Shown piece after piece: positions 37,164 through 48,775 of a DNA stretch of 64,000 bases (its first letter is position 1; each line of letters starts with the position of its first letter). Source of the stretch: Toensbergia leucococca (taxonomy: Eukaryota). Position numbers and translations under genes: made by a program. Under the pieces are notes generated by a model, which worked only from the letters and a program-made list of their open reading frames with translations, had not been told where the DNA came from and ran no database searches. The stretch lies in the NCBI GenBank assembly GCA_022813965.1, contig JALDZS010000003.1, forward strand, positions 248,001-312,000, given 5' to 3'.

Positions 37164-38323
37164 ATGTTCAAATCTTGGTTCAGCGCTTTTGCCTTCTTAT
37201 TGCTTTTCCTAGGGAGCTCGACAGTTCTTGGTCAGATCCAACAGGATAATCGAGGGGCACGCATTACTTCGTTTTCAGGCGCTGAACGTCTGGGGTCACG
37301 TGAAGTTTATACCTGTGCACAATTGATACAACGAGCACGAGCCATGTATAATTCGATGCGCCAACAGTACCAAGGTAACGACCCCCCAGCTATGGTGGCT
37401 GCACTCCAAGTCCCTGGCGTTGGTGTTTGGTACGCTTCATCACTCAAAGGCGAACGAGGGTATGCCTATGCCGCCCAGGGTGGCAATGTCCCTCAGCAAG
37501 TCATGGACGCTCTGCAAATGTGCGAGAGTTGGAACAACGATCGACACCGAACCAGGGGAGGCTGCGCTGAGGTTTGGGCTGCTGTGAAGTATTTCCAAAC
37601 ATTCAACGACCCGAATCTGACTTTGTATGGCAAGCGCGCCCGAATTGCAGTCTGGTCTTCCAGTGGCCCACAGACTCCATGTACCGGAACCTCACAGGAG
37701 TGGGGTTGTGATTTATTCATCAGCGAGCTGGGAATTGAATATTGTGGGCCTGGCAGCTCGCAGTACAAAAAGAGAAATTGGGGAGGCGACTCGCTCCCAC
37801 CGGGTTGGCAAAATCCCGTGGGTACACCGTCTGTGTCGTTGGTTCCCGAAACGATCAGTGGGACTTTGCTCATTCCGAGTGCAACAGCCACAGTGATGCC
37901 AAATCTGGATAATGTCGTGGGAAAAACTGGCTCAGAACAAGATGTCTGCGCTCAAGCGTGCATAGCATCTTATACTGATTGCACAGGAGGTGACTTACCT
38001 GCCAAGGGCTCGAGCAAAAGAAGCTCGAAGCTGAGCTGTAAAGCTGTTGAAAATTGCTTCTGTGCTGAGGTGCCTCGAGAGGACGGAGAAGTTGATGACG
38101 AGGCGGTGGCCAACAGCTGTCAAGATGTGAGTTGAGGGGTTCTCGTGCAAGCTGAATGTCACTGATACTTTTGTCTTCTTAGCAATGCATGGCCCTGAAT
38201 TGGAAGCAGACGGGCTCGGGAGGCTATGGGTCGGGAGCGTATTCGCTGGACGATGCCTTGAAATGTCTCAAACAGGCTCTTCAAGATCCTGAGGGACAAG
38301 TCCCTGGATGCATGGCCACGTAG
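37164..38323 (+). CDS. Secreted protein with an N-terminal deaminase-like (YwqJ-type CAE/PC..C) domain and a Cys-rich C-terminal domain, 2 exons
   Basis: Signal peptide MFKSWFSAFAFLLLFLGSSTVLG; HRTRGGCAE..ARIAVW..PCTGTSQEWGC; KKR site; intron 38127-38182; last exon QCMALNW..GCMAT ends at TAG 38321-38323. Confidence 0.7.
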
Positions 38324-38770
38324 GATACCATTCCTCAGCTACAGATACGCGAAATTGTATTTGTAGGGGAACATTTGGTTTGAACTTGGGGGCATGTATG
38401 CATGGCATGAAAGGGACGTGCTCTGTGTGACTTTTAACCTATCAGACTTGTATCAGCCGGTTTCTTCATTCTTGAATTTCCAAGGTGAGAGCAGCGTATC
38501 GTCTGTCGGTCCTTTTCGGGTACCATTTACAACTTGATCTTTTATTTTACTCAATATCTCTTTCATGAGGAATCTGAGGGGTAGAACCGAGGGTCTGTCG
38601 TTGCGTTGAATCCACGAATACCCTTTTGAGCCTGACTCTTGACCAGGAAGGTGTCGTAAGGTATTCTACCGTAAGATACGAATCAAATAGTCAATACCAA
38701 AAATACTTCCTCAAGACCATGACAACTCTCATCGACATCAATCTCGAAAATACTCCAAGTCGGCAGCAAC

Positions 38771-40528
38771 ATGAGTGCCCCAGATCATCTCTACAGCAAC
38801 GACATCGACTTCTCTGTCCTCGCCTTGCAAGATCCCGAGTTCAACAAGCAGTGAGAATCTAGCCTACTAAATTGTTCCAAATGCTGATGCTCCGTCAGCG
38901 TCAAATTCAACGGACAGCTTGATTTTAGCAATCCCGAGGCAGTCCAGTCAGCATCATATCACTATCATAGCCAACATTCTCACCATTCCTGACACATCTT
39001 CCAGGCAACTCACGAAAAGTCTACTAAAGCGTGATTTTCGACTGAACATTGAATTGCCCTGTGATCGATTGTGCCCACCAGTATGTAATCTACTGCATCA
39101 ATCGACCGGGCCACTGTTGATTTGATCCCGGGAAAGGTGCCCAACAGGTAGCTTACCATACTTCCCTTTGTTGAGTAGGACTGAAGCTGACCTGGCTGGA
39201 AGATTCAACTACATCCTCTGGATCCAAGGCCTGCTGGATACCACTGCTGATACTTATACGGAATGCTTTGACCCGAATCGAGAGGTTGTCGGCTTAGATA
39301 TGTGCGGCTTTTGACATTAAGCTCATGTGTCGAGACTAATACCACTTTGCTAGAGGCACAGGAGCATCATGTATTTATGCCCTTTTGGGCTGCTCTCAAA
39401 GACCAGCATGGAAATTCGCTGTGACAGGTGAGTTTCTAGAAGCAAGCTAGAAATTGTGCTGCTAATCTCTAGTTTAGACATTGATGATAAAAACATGCAA
39501 TATGCCCGGCGAAACATCATCCATAACAATCTCAAGTCTCGGATTCGCCCACTACAAACTACAACCAAAAGCCCCTTGATCCCACTAGACGCACTAGGTA
39601 TTGAAAGGTGAGTACATTCTCAACGCTACTCATACCACTCTTCCACTAAGCCTGCCTCAGTATTGACTTTACTATTTGCAACCCACCTTTTTATGCATCT
39701 GTGTCTGAGCTTCTGGCTTCTGCAGCCTCCAAGTCCCGGCCCCCCTATTCTGCCTGCACTGGTGCTGAAATTGAAATGGTCACCCCTGGCGGTGAAGTGG
39801 CCTTTGTGACTTGCATAATTGAGGAGAGCGTGCGTTTGAGAGAGAGATGCCAGTGGTACACGAGCATGTTAGGGAAATTAAGCAGCGTGCCCGTTCTAGT
39901 AGAGAAATTGAAAGGAGCAGGGGTGGGTAATTGGGGCGTCAAAGAGTTTGTACAGGGAGGAAAGACAAGGCGGTGGGGTATAGCATGGAGCTGGGGAAAG
40001 TTGAGGCCAAGAATGGTGACTAGCATTTTTTTGTTTCATTTTTTATCAGCATGAAAATGACAATCTACTAAAAGTACACTTTAGGATGTAGCGCGGGCCA
40101 TCCCAGGTCTTCCAAAGTACCTCCTTCCTTTTCCGTCCGAAACCATTTTCTCGATTTCGAACATATCTATTGATGATACTGCTAGCCGTGTCAACACTCT
40201 TCTCCAAAACCTCGATCTCCAATGGCAGTATCATTCTCCCCTTGCTACTGGGATAGGTTTCGCTAGGCAAAATGTCTGGTCTCGTGCGGCTCGACGCCAA
40301 AAGAACCAAACGAGTAGCAGGACAGGACGAAGTGCGACTAACGATGACGATAATAAGATGGACGAGCACGACGACGAGGAAGACGCAGCTCTTGGCTTCA
40401 AGATTCACTTGACGCAGAGTCACGAGAAAGGTGCAATCCAAATTTGGACTAGATGGATGAGTGGTGAGGAGAGTGTGCTCTTTGAGAGTTTTTGCGGGAT
40501 GCTCAAAAGAGAGTTGAGTAGTCTATGA
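38771..40528 (+). CDS. METTL16: U6 snRNA m6A methyltransferase (METTL16/Mtl16, DUF890), 9 exons
   Basis: LCPP|VPNR|FNYILW, GLDI|GTGASCIY, DFTICNPPFY, PGGEVAFV, WYTSMLGK, QGGKTRRWGIAWS and FESFCGMLKR. Exons 38771-38850, 38899-38946, 39005-39080, 39137-39147, 39203-39301, 39354-39427, 39478-39607, 39661-40015 and 40085-40528. Confidence 0.92.
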
Positions 40529-41179
40529 TGGAAAAGAGACATTGTCAACTTGAAGGGTTTGGCATTGCGATAAACAGACTCGGAATGAGAAAGCCTCTTG
40601 CCGAAGTAGAAATTTCTTTTCCATTTCTTATACCAAAATCCAGGCCTCCAAATCTCGCCTGTGGCGGTACAACCCTTGATTGCCTTCCCTCCTCACACAC
40701 TCATTTTGAGACTAATGAGATGAAGTCATCTTTGTTCAAGCAATGCGGTCATCTACTCATGTTGTTCTATGAGGAGTCTGAAAAGCTGCTCATGCTATTT
40801 GTCTGGTCATATATACATTCGATTTTTGCAAACCGCATTCAGAACGAAGTCTTTATCGAAGAGTTTCATCCAAAGGGTTTCAACGTATTCAGTTGAAGTC
40901 GTCTTCCGAATTGTTTTGGGCCCCCAATAGATCTCGCGCAGACATGGTAATTGGTTTCAAGTCCACGATACGCGATATTGCCGCTTGCATAGCTGGGACC
41001 ACGTCTCAAACATCGGTCGAGACGGTGGCCGATCGAGTCTAACATGCACGCGCTCTTCAAAGAGCGATCATAGCGGAGATATTGCGCTCATGCCGGGAAC
41101 AGCACATAAGATACCAAACTTGTTTCCAATCGGCCTTGATATTCTCAAATGCTCTTGCAAATTTCACTCGAAAGAAAGC

Positions 41180-42606
41180 CATGGACACGGTGACTCCGAC
41201 TTCCTGGGTTCGTGCACAGCCACTCACTCCCGACCCTCCCGACTTCCACATCTGTGACCAATACTATGGACACGGCATCGACGGCACTGATTGTGTCAGG
41301 ATAGCCGGCGAGCTGCCAACAGGCGCAAATCCAGTCCAATATACAGTGAACACTGACGGCGAGCCTCGTACTACTCTTCCCATGAGTGTGATGATCGGTC
41401 AGTCGTCGGCGAGAATGAAGAACGATACAAAGAAGGAATGCAAAGCTGAGATGCATTCCCAGGCACGTGTCGAATATCTATCGATGTAGCAGGCCAATAC
41501 GAACCGCACAGTGTGTCCATCCGGCCCGATCGAATCCGTGGTATGGCTGCTTTTGTTATCGCCATGTGTGTGCTTGGGCCGAGGGGCTTGGGTGGTTTTG
41601 TTACCTTTGGTATGAGTCGTGTGGTCAACCTTATTAATCAACCTACCTTCATCGATGGCGCCTACGGTAAGTCATGCCGACTCTCGAACTTTCTTTGCCC
41701 CCCAAATAGTTCCCGAATAGCTCACGCTGACCAAATCATCTCGCTGCAAAGGCCCCGGGGCTTCATTCCTTACCGCCACCGTATCGGGCCCAATGATCAG
41801 GAATCCGCCGGGCGATTTCGATCCCGCAATACCATCGATGCTTTCCGACACGCAGAATAGGAGAGCCACAGCTTCTGTTCCTTGGGGCATAGATAGAATA
41901 CGCCTGGGCGCGAGCGCAAACATATTCGCCCTACGAGCTACCGCAATGAGGCGAGGCCAAGAAGTGCCGTGGTGGTTTACACCGCTCCTGGCTTCCGACG
42001 AGATGACTTATGAATGTGACGCCAACCTGGGGAGCCCCGCCACGGTCGATTGCACTCAGATACAATGGCATCAGCTCGGTGCTCTGTCTAACACTGTGCA
42101 AGTCGGACCAGGTGAAACAAGATTTCTCTCATCGAGTGAGTGGGAAATGGAAAGTTTTGCTCATGAGTTGATGATACGCTGAATGCTTCAATTAGACACG
42201 TGCAACCTTGCCCTTTCGGCTACAGTGGCCGTCACCCTCACCTGGAACCAGATTCAGACAGCCCTAGCTGCTCTCCTGAACCTCTGCGTCTCACACCCAC
42301 TATATCCCTCACAGGGAGGAAGAGCCTTTTTCGGCCACCCATCCCCGCCTATTGGCCGCAAGAAGGAGAAACGCGATGATATAACAGGTATGTTTGAACG
42401 GCTTTCCATAATCGAGGCGCAAGAGCAAATCACTAAAAGCCTTCGATTGATATTTTGCAGGTTTGAATGCACTCCCGCCTCACATCAACATGACGGTTTT
42501 CCAGCAATTTGAACCGGTTCCGACGGATGCCCTTTTTGAGGCCAAAACGTGCACGTGGGCGAAGGTGTTGGGGAGATTGAATGTAGCGTCTTGTAAGAAT
42601 GTGTAG
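41180..42606 (+). CDS. Cys-rich hypothetical protein with two internally similar domains, 5 exons
   Basis: CDQYYG..DC..CV..GLGGFVT and EMTYECDANLGSPATVDC..CV..QGGRAF; canonical introns at about 41398-41462, 41667-41750, 42136-42194 and 42388-42460; true start uncertain. Confidence 0.7.
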
Positions 42607-42779
42607 AGGGTGGCTGTGCGCATGTAGGTTGTCCTGATCGCATCTAGAAAGTATGAGGGAAATGATATTGTGATGAGATTTTGTATTCAACGCAAACCCT
42701 AACGCTGAAATTTTTCTTTATTGTTCAGAAACTGATCTTGTGAAACTTGATCATTTTTCTTTCTCATTAATAAAAGTTA

Positions 42780-43373
42780 CTGTATAATCTGTCACATCAG
42801 TTTACAAATTACTACTGAAGTACAAGATATGATTTTAAATTAATTTCTGTAGACTGAAAGTATTTTAATCTATAAGATAATATCTACATGTGAGGGAACA
42901 GTCTTAAATATGTATTTCACCTTCTCTTTCTCATTCTTACTGACTAACTCATACTCACTTTTTATTCTATTGTTAGTGTTAAATCTGTTTCTTCTTCTTC
43001 TTCTTCTTCTTCTTCTTTTCTTTTTCTTCTCTTTCTTCTTCTTATTCTCATTTACTGACTGAAGATTGATTTGTCTCTTCAGATCTTTAAATTTAGTCTC
43101 TGTCCCTTTGAGAAATTATGAGGTAAAACTATGACTAAGTAAATGTGTACAGCTTAAATGTGTGAGTGATAAGAATGTGTTAGAGAGGTTGGTAGTGAGT
43201 ATAATAAATTTCTCAAGTGAATGTATTGATTTCTTAGCTCAGACGTCGCCTGAGGAACCGTGTATAAGACATGATTTGTTTATGATACTACGGGAGTATG
43301 GAATATGGTTTCAATTGACCTTCAGATGATGAACGGGCTATAAGACTAGTATCTTATATGACAGATTATATGG
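42780..43373. mobile_element. pogo/Tc1-mariner-derived MITE (family B), internally deleted and heavily mutated copy
   Basis: TA|CTGTATAATCTGTCA ... TGACAGATTATATGG|TA; collinear with 57135-57963 apart from a deletion of about 240 bp; differences are mostly C>T and G>A. Confidence 0.88.
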
Positions 43374-43451
43374 TAATTTGTTGCAGCTACGGCAAAGTGT
43401 ATAGTCGTGATAGAGAGAGAGACATAGCTAAGCAGAACATCGGGAACAACT

Positions 43452-44154
43452 TCACCCCTCCACCACTCCTCCACCAACCTCACCTCCGCCCTCCTTAGCT
43501 GATCCCTCAACCCCCTCCCCTCCCACCACCCCCTCAACACCAACCCCCCACCCCCCCAACCCCTCCAACTTCTCCACCCCCTCAACCCTCATCCCCACCC
43601 ACCCCTCCATCCTCTCCGCCCCCAACCCCTCATAAAACCCCAAAGCACCCTCATTCCACCTCAGCACACTCCACTCCAACCTCTCTCCCCCAACCCTCCC
43701 AACCTCCCTCGCCAACTCCCCCAGCAACCTCCTCCCGTACCCGCGCCCCCGAAACCGCGGCCGCACGTACAGGTCCTCGAGATAGATGCCCGGAGCGGCG
43801 CGCCAGGTGCTGTAGTTGTGGAAGTAGAGCGCCATGGCTGCGGGGGTGTTGGTGGTGGTGGGGTCGAAGAGGAGGAGGGTGCGGGCGTAGCCGGTTGGGA
43901 AGGTTGGGGGGAAGGAGAGGGTTTTGAGGAGGGAGTTGGGGGTTGCGTGGACGGCGGAGGAGGCGTTTTCGAAGGACGCGAGTTCGTGGATTAGGGTTAG
44001 GATTGTGGGGACGTCTATTTTTTTTTGCCAATGGGCCGGGTGGGGTCAGCGGTTTCATGGGCTTTGTTTTGTGGGAGTGGATTTTGAGGGGGGGAGGACC
44101 TTGTTCTGTGGCGTAGCGGACTATGGCTTTGGAGGCGGGGGAGGAGGAGGACAT
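43452..44154 (-). CDS. GNAT N-acetyltransferase (diamine/polyamine acetyltransferase-like), 2 exons
   Basis: IVRYATEQ|DVPTILTLIHELASFE, MALYFHNYSTW, GIYLEDLYVRPRFRGRGYG and LEWSVLRWN; intron about 44015-44099. Confidence 0.9.
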
Positions 44155-45004
44155 TTTTGGTGAGGGGGTTGAAAATGGTGGATAGGGTTGATTTGTGGGC
44201 GGATTTGTGGATATTGGAGTTTTGAATGTCCTCCAAGTTGGCTGCGATCTACGGGAGCTAATGCAGGTGTTTAGGTAGGTCGAACCTCGATGCCATTGGT
44301 GGATATCACCATCCATGAATGTACTGTAACGCCCCTGTCCAAGGACCTCATTGCCATTGGTGGATGGTGAGAGTGGAATTTCTCATCCGTCAATACCGAA
44401 TCCTGAAATCAAGAGACTATCCACTCTCCGAGGAAGAATGAATGAAAAGAAGACTAGACCCTGGCTTAGCTACTCATCTTCATACATGGAAGAGCAAGAC
44501 GGAAATGAAGCAAAAAGCTATGATAAAGAAAAAAGGACTCGGTAGAGTCAAGCCTTGACGCAAAACAAGGTCCGTCACAGGGAGCAACGAGGACAATGAA
44601 ATTCAGTCCGAATACAGGCAAATTTCAAACGTCTAGCCAGCGGCACTTCTACATTGTCAAGCAAGAGTGGGAGTTGAATGTAGAATTGTTGAGATTATTG
44701 ATCCATGCATCGGTGGTGTCGATGCAGTCAGGCTGTCACGCGTAGTTCCGTACATTTAGCATGTGATCTTCCTTTGATGATTGAAGATACCTGATGATGA
44801 GAATGAAACAATACTTGATAAGTTCCTGAAAGGCAGTGCCGGTAAGCTGAAGTGTGGATAATATGATGCCGCATAGTCGTCGGCATATTATGCGCCCACT
44901 TTTGAAGCACCCATCAGGCGTGAAACCATGGCTTGAAAAAAATATGCGCTTTAGCATTGGGGGACAAACTTCTGTATTAGCAATCAACAAACAGAAGCAA
45001 CATC

Positions 45005-45912
45005 ATGAAGCTCATCCATCTCCCAGCCTGCTTTTTTTTCTCTATCGCTTTCTCTAGACGGATTCCAACACCCAGGTTCACCGATATCATCGAGAGCGGC
45101 ACCTACACCATCATCAATTGCGACGCGGACCTTCCTCCTCGCTTTTATCCAGATGCATCAAAAGTGATAGCCTTCCTTCCCAGATTCAAATCCAGCCTCC
45201 TACTCCTACTCGCCGACATCCAACTCGGCACCGCTTCTCACCATGGATACGAAGCTCTGTTCAAAACCAACGACAGTCGCGCCGCCCTGAGTGCTACCAT
45301 TGCTGGAATTATAACTCCCTCGCCCCTAATCAACAATCAACGGCCAACATTAGTGTGCATCCACGACACGGAGCAGCAGACACCCTTCCAATCACTGATT
45401 GAATACTGCGACGGACAAGAGTCGCTGTATGCGATACCGGGGAGTTCCTGGATAATCCTTTGCCCCACGTTCTTTACTCTCCGAAGCAGAGGACTCGATT
45501 TCCCCATCGGAATTGACTGCCCGACGGTGGCTGATAACAAGATCGTGGACTCGATTGGTGTACGGCTGCCATTGATTTTCAATATGTATTCGCAGCTTCT
45601 GTACGGGATGCTGCAACTCCACTGGAAGGCAACGACCACCGTTCCTACTGATATTCAAAACGACTTGCAGGAAATGGTGGACTTGAATGCGACAACTTCA
45701 TTGAGCAATATTCCGAACTGGGTTGCTTATGGTGCATGTAAGTTTCCTTGAGGGAGGTTTCCCTCTCACTTGCCGAATGGTGCTGAGAAGAATCAATCGT
45801 CAGTACGGATATGCTGACTGAATTAGCGGTTGAGGCATCCTGTAACGGATGGCCCAGAGCGCCAGTAGCAGCTGCAGATAGTGGACATGATGGCGATGAA
45901 CTCAGGCATTAA
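45005..45912 (+). CDS. Secreted protein, M35 metalloprotease-like pattern but lacking HExxH, 2 exons
   Basis: Signal peptide, YEALFK, IILCPTFF, CPTV and SLSNIPNWVAYG; intron 45738-45826; last exon SVEASCNGWP..RH ends at TAA. Confidence 0.65.
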
Positions 45913-46724
45913 GAGTATTAAGATGATGACCAAGTACGGATAGTAGTCTCAACTACCTTGGGTAGAATATGACGCAGTAGGTGGACGGTAGGAGAAGTAT
46001 CTAGGTAGGTAGGAGGTAAGGTAGAGGTAGGTTTGTATTAAATTCAATCAGTTACGTCTAACAAAACAATACACGTATTCGTATTAATCTACGGAGTACC
46101 TACCTACCTATGCAGCTCTAAACCTCTTTTGGTGACTGAATCTCTAGGATAGTGCCGCATAGCTAGGTTAATACGAGTAATTAAAGTAGAGTACTCGTAT
46201 CCGTACCTTAGCTCATATTATATCGCTAAAATACGAATACTCTCCAGTATATTTCTCCAAGTCTTCAACTCTTCAATCATACTTCGGAAAGAGATTTGGA
46301 CATTTGGAGACTAAGCACCTTAGTGAGCATGTCAAGAACTCTCAAAACATACGCTACTGACCCTCTACTCGTACTATCTATCAATATTCTATCTATAAGT
46401 CCGCCTGAACCTTCTTTCAGTCCGCCCCGCATTTTGACCATATTTTCTTCAACCTGTCATCCATCTCCATCTCCATGGGCAGAGCTGACCTTTCTCCTTT
46501 CGATCGCCTGGAACCTGGTGGCCCATGAGCACAGTTCACAAGGCAACGACTTCCTTGTCCTGTCCAGAGATAATTGGAGCTTTGCCTCTTTCCAACTCAC
46601 GTCCATGCAATGCTGAGGTGCAATCCTGTTTCATGTGTTTTCTCAAATTCTCTTGAGCTGCCTTAAGCCAGTAGAGTCTCAATATCTATAAGCATTCCTG
46701 GCAATCCAGTTTCTCACAATAGAC

Positions 46725-47821
46725 ATGGTCTTGCACCTCTGTCTGTCGGGTTTTTTGTCATCTCACGCCCTACCACTGCTACTCGTGTCTTTCTTATATA
46801 AGATCAACATCATCTCATCCTCAAGCTGCTACTACGCTGACAACAGCACAATACTCTCGTCCCCCGATTATGTCGAGCCCTGTGGCCCCATCGCCTCGAC
46901 GACGTCGACCGTCCTCAGTTGCTGTGCTCTGCAATATAACAATATCTGCTTGTCCAATTCTATCTGCTACGACCCAAACACTAATGGTGGTGCATACTAT
47001 CTGAGTCCATGCACCGACATCACCTACAGTGCCCCTGAATGTCCCCAATACTGCAGTATGTCCATGTGATTCCTCTTAAGAAGAACCTAATTTGATGAAT
47101 ATGATGATGGACAGACGGCCGCGTCAACATGAACCAACTCGATATTACCTATGATAGCCAGATTCAAATCTGGCGTTGTTGTAGTCGAAATCAAGATGGT
47201 TCCGCCAACTGCTCCCATCCAAGCGATGAAACTTTTTCCGCGCCACCGCCCATTAGTCTCTCTACTATATTTGTTCCTTCTAGTCAATCATTACCGTCGT
47301 CGTCCTACTCACCACTTTCATCAGAGAAAACCCCCTCCGGCAGTGTTGGAAGCCCCGGCAGTGTGGGAACCCCAGGCAGTGTGGGAACCCCCGGCAGAGT
47401 GGCTACCCCCACCACCACGGCTACCCCCGCGACCACGGCCACCGCCGCCGCTACCCAGGTCTCCCTCGCTACCCCAACCTCAACTAAGAAGCAAGAAACG
47501 TCAGCCGCTTTATCCTCCTCGTCGTCTTCGTCCCCCTTACCATCCTTCCCTCAGCCCTCGCCACTAGTATCATCCTCCTCCTATGCCTTCTCTTCGACAG
47601 CACTTGGAATCTCCAGTACTCCTAATGCTTTCACCACCTCTATGTCCACCTTTACTCCCACTATCACTCCATCCAACCAACCAATCGCTAGTAATAACGG
47701 GGGAGGTTTCAACATCAGTGATACAGTAGCTCTCGCCATTGGCATCCCCGGTACCATCGCCACCATCGTGGGAGCATATTTCACATACGCCGTCTTGAAG
47801 AAAAAGAAGCAGAAGCACTAG
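46725..47821 (+). CDS. Type I membrane protein: Cys-rich ectodomain, Ser/Thr-rich stalk and C-terminal TM (Mid2-like architecture), 2 exons
   Basis: SCYYAD..SCC..CLSNSIC..CTD..CPQYC, intron 47056-47114, WRCC, S/T/P stalk and VALAIGIPGTIATIVGAYFTY followed by KKKK. Confidence 0.8.
47336..47408 (+). repeat. Coding 18-bp tandem repeat (PGSVGT), about 4 units
   Basis: Consensus CCCCGGCAGTGTGGGAAC repeated imperfectly. Confidence 0.85.
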
Positions 47822-48163
47822 TAGGGTGGCACGAATGATCAAGAGGTTAGAAATTTCGCATAAGCATTTAGGAGGAATGGATGACTTGGGTCATGAATAT
47901 CTTCACTGCGTAATGAATTAATTGGGTTGAGAGTGAGTCTTCTATGTTTGATGAATGAACTAATTTAAAGCTTTATGATAATCAACGAGAGAATGAGATA
48001 ATCTAAAGCTTGATTCAATTTTCATTCTTTATTTCACCTTTTTATTCATCATGAAATAGATGACTGCACGGACTGAAAACTCTTTATAACGGCCAAGGAG
48101 AAAATTCAGTACTAAGAAAGCTCCTTTTAATACTCTTCTTATCTAATTTACACTGTTTTATAA

Positions 48164-48775
48164 AGGGAATTGATACCAGGACATCCCCTTTTGATACAAG
48201 GACACCCCCCCTCAGGCGCAATATCACTGAGGGAAATCTTATCATTCTGCACCACAATATGCCTCAATTCCCCACCACATTTGCATGCCTCATACCTCAT
48301 GGTTCCGTGTGCCATCCATCATCTTCACTGCAGTCCTACAGGAGCCCGTTATGTGAGAGAACAACAGACCTTTGATAGGGGTACGCAGCGTGAACCTCCT
48401 GAATTGAAATGAATAGAAGGCCAGGGTGGGTGAGGATCTGAAGGGGGACAAGGACTTGGAGGGGGGCGAGGTGGGAGTTCCTGTAGAAAACAGGGTGTTT
48501 CATGATTTTGAAAGGAGGTTAATTCAAAATCATGATGTTTTTTGCGCCCGGGAATCAAGTCAGGATGTGGTACAAAAGCATGGGTTTTCTCCTAGGTAAT
48601 TTAGCTTCTAGATGGCATGCAAATAGAACAATTAAATGGCTTGCATGGTGGTGGGGAATTGAGGTAAATTGTGGTGCAGAATAATAAAATTTCCCTCGGT
48701 GATATTGCGCCCGAGAGGGAGGGTGGGGGGGGGGTGTCAATGTAGCAAAAAGGGGTGTCGCAATAGCAAGACCCT
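48164..48775. mobile_element. MITE with long TIRs (family A, copy 2)
   Basis: GGCGCAATATCACTGAGGGAAATCTTATCATTCTGCACCACAAT is mirrored by ATTGTGGTGCAGAATAATAAAATTTCCCTCGGTGATATTGCGCC; shares GGAATCAAGTCAGGATGTG..TTCTAGATGGCA with 35896-35961. Confidence 0.85.
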
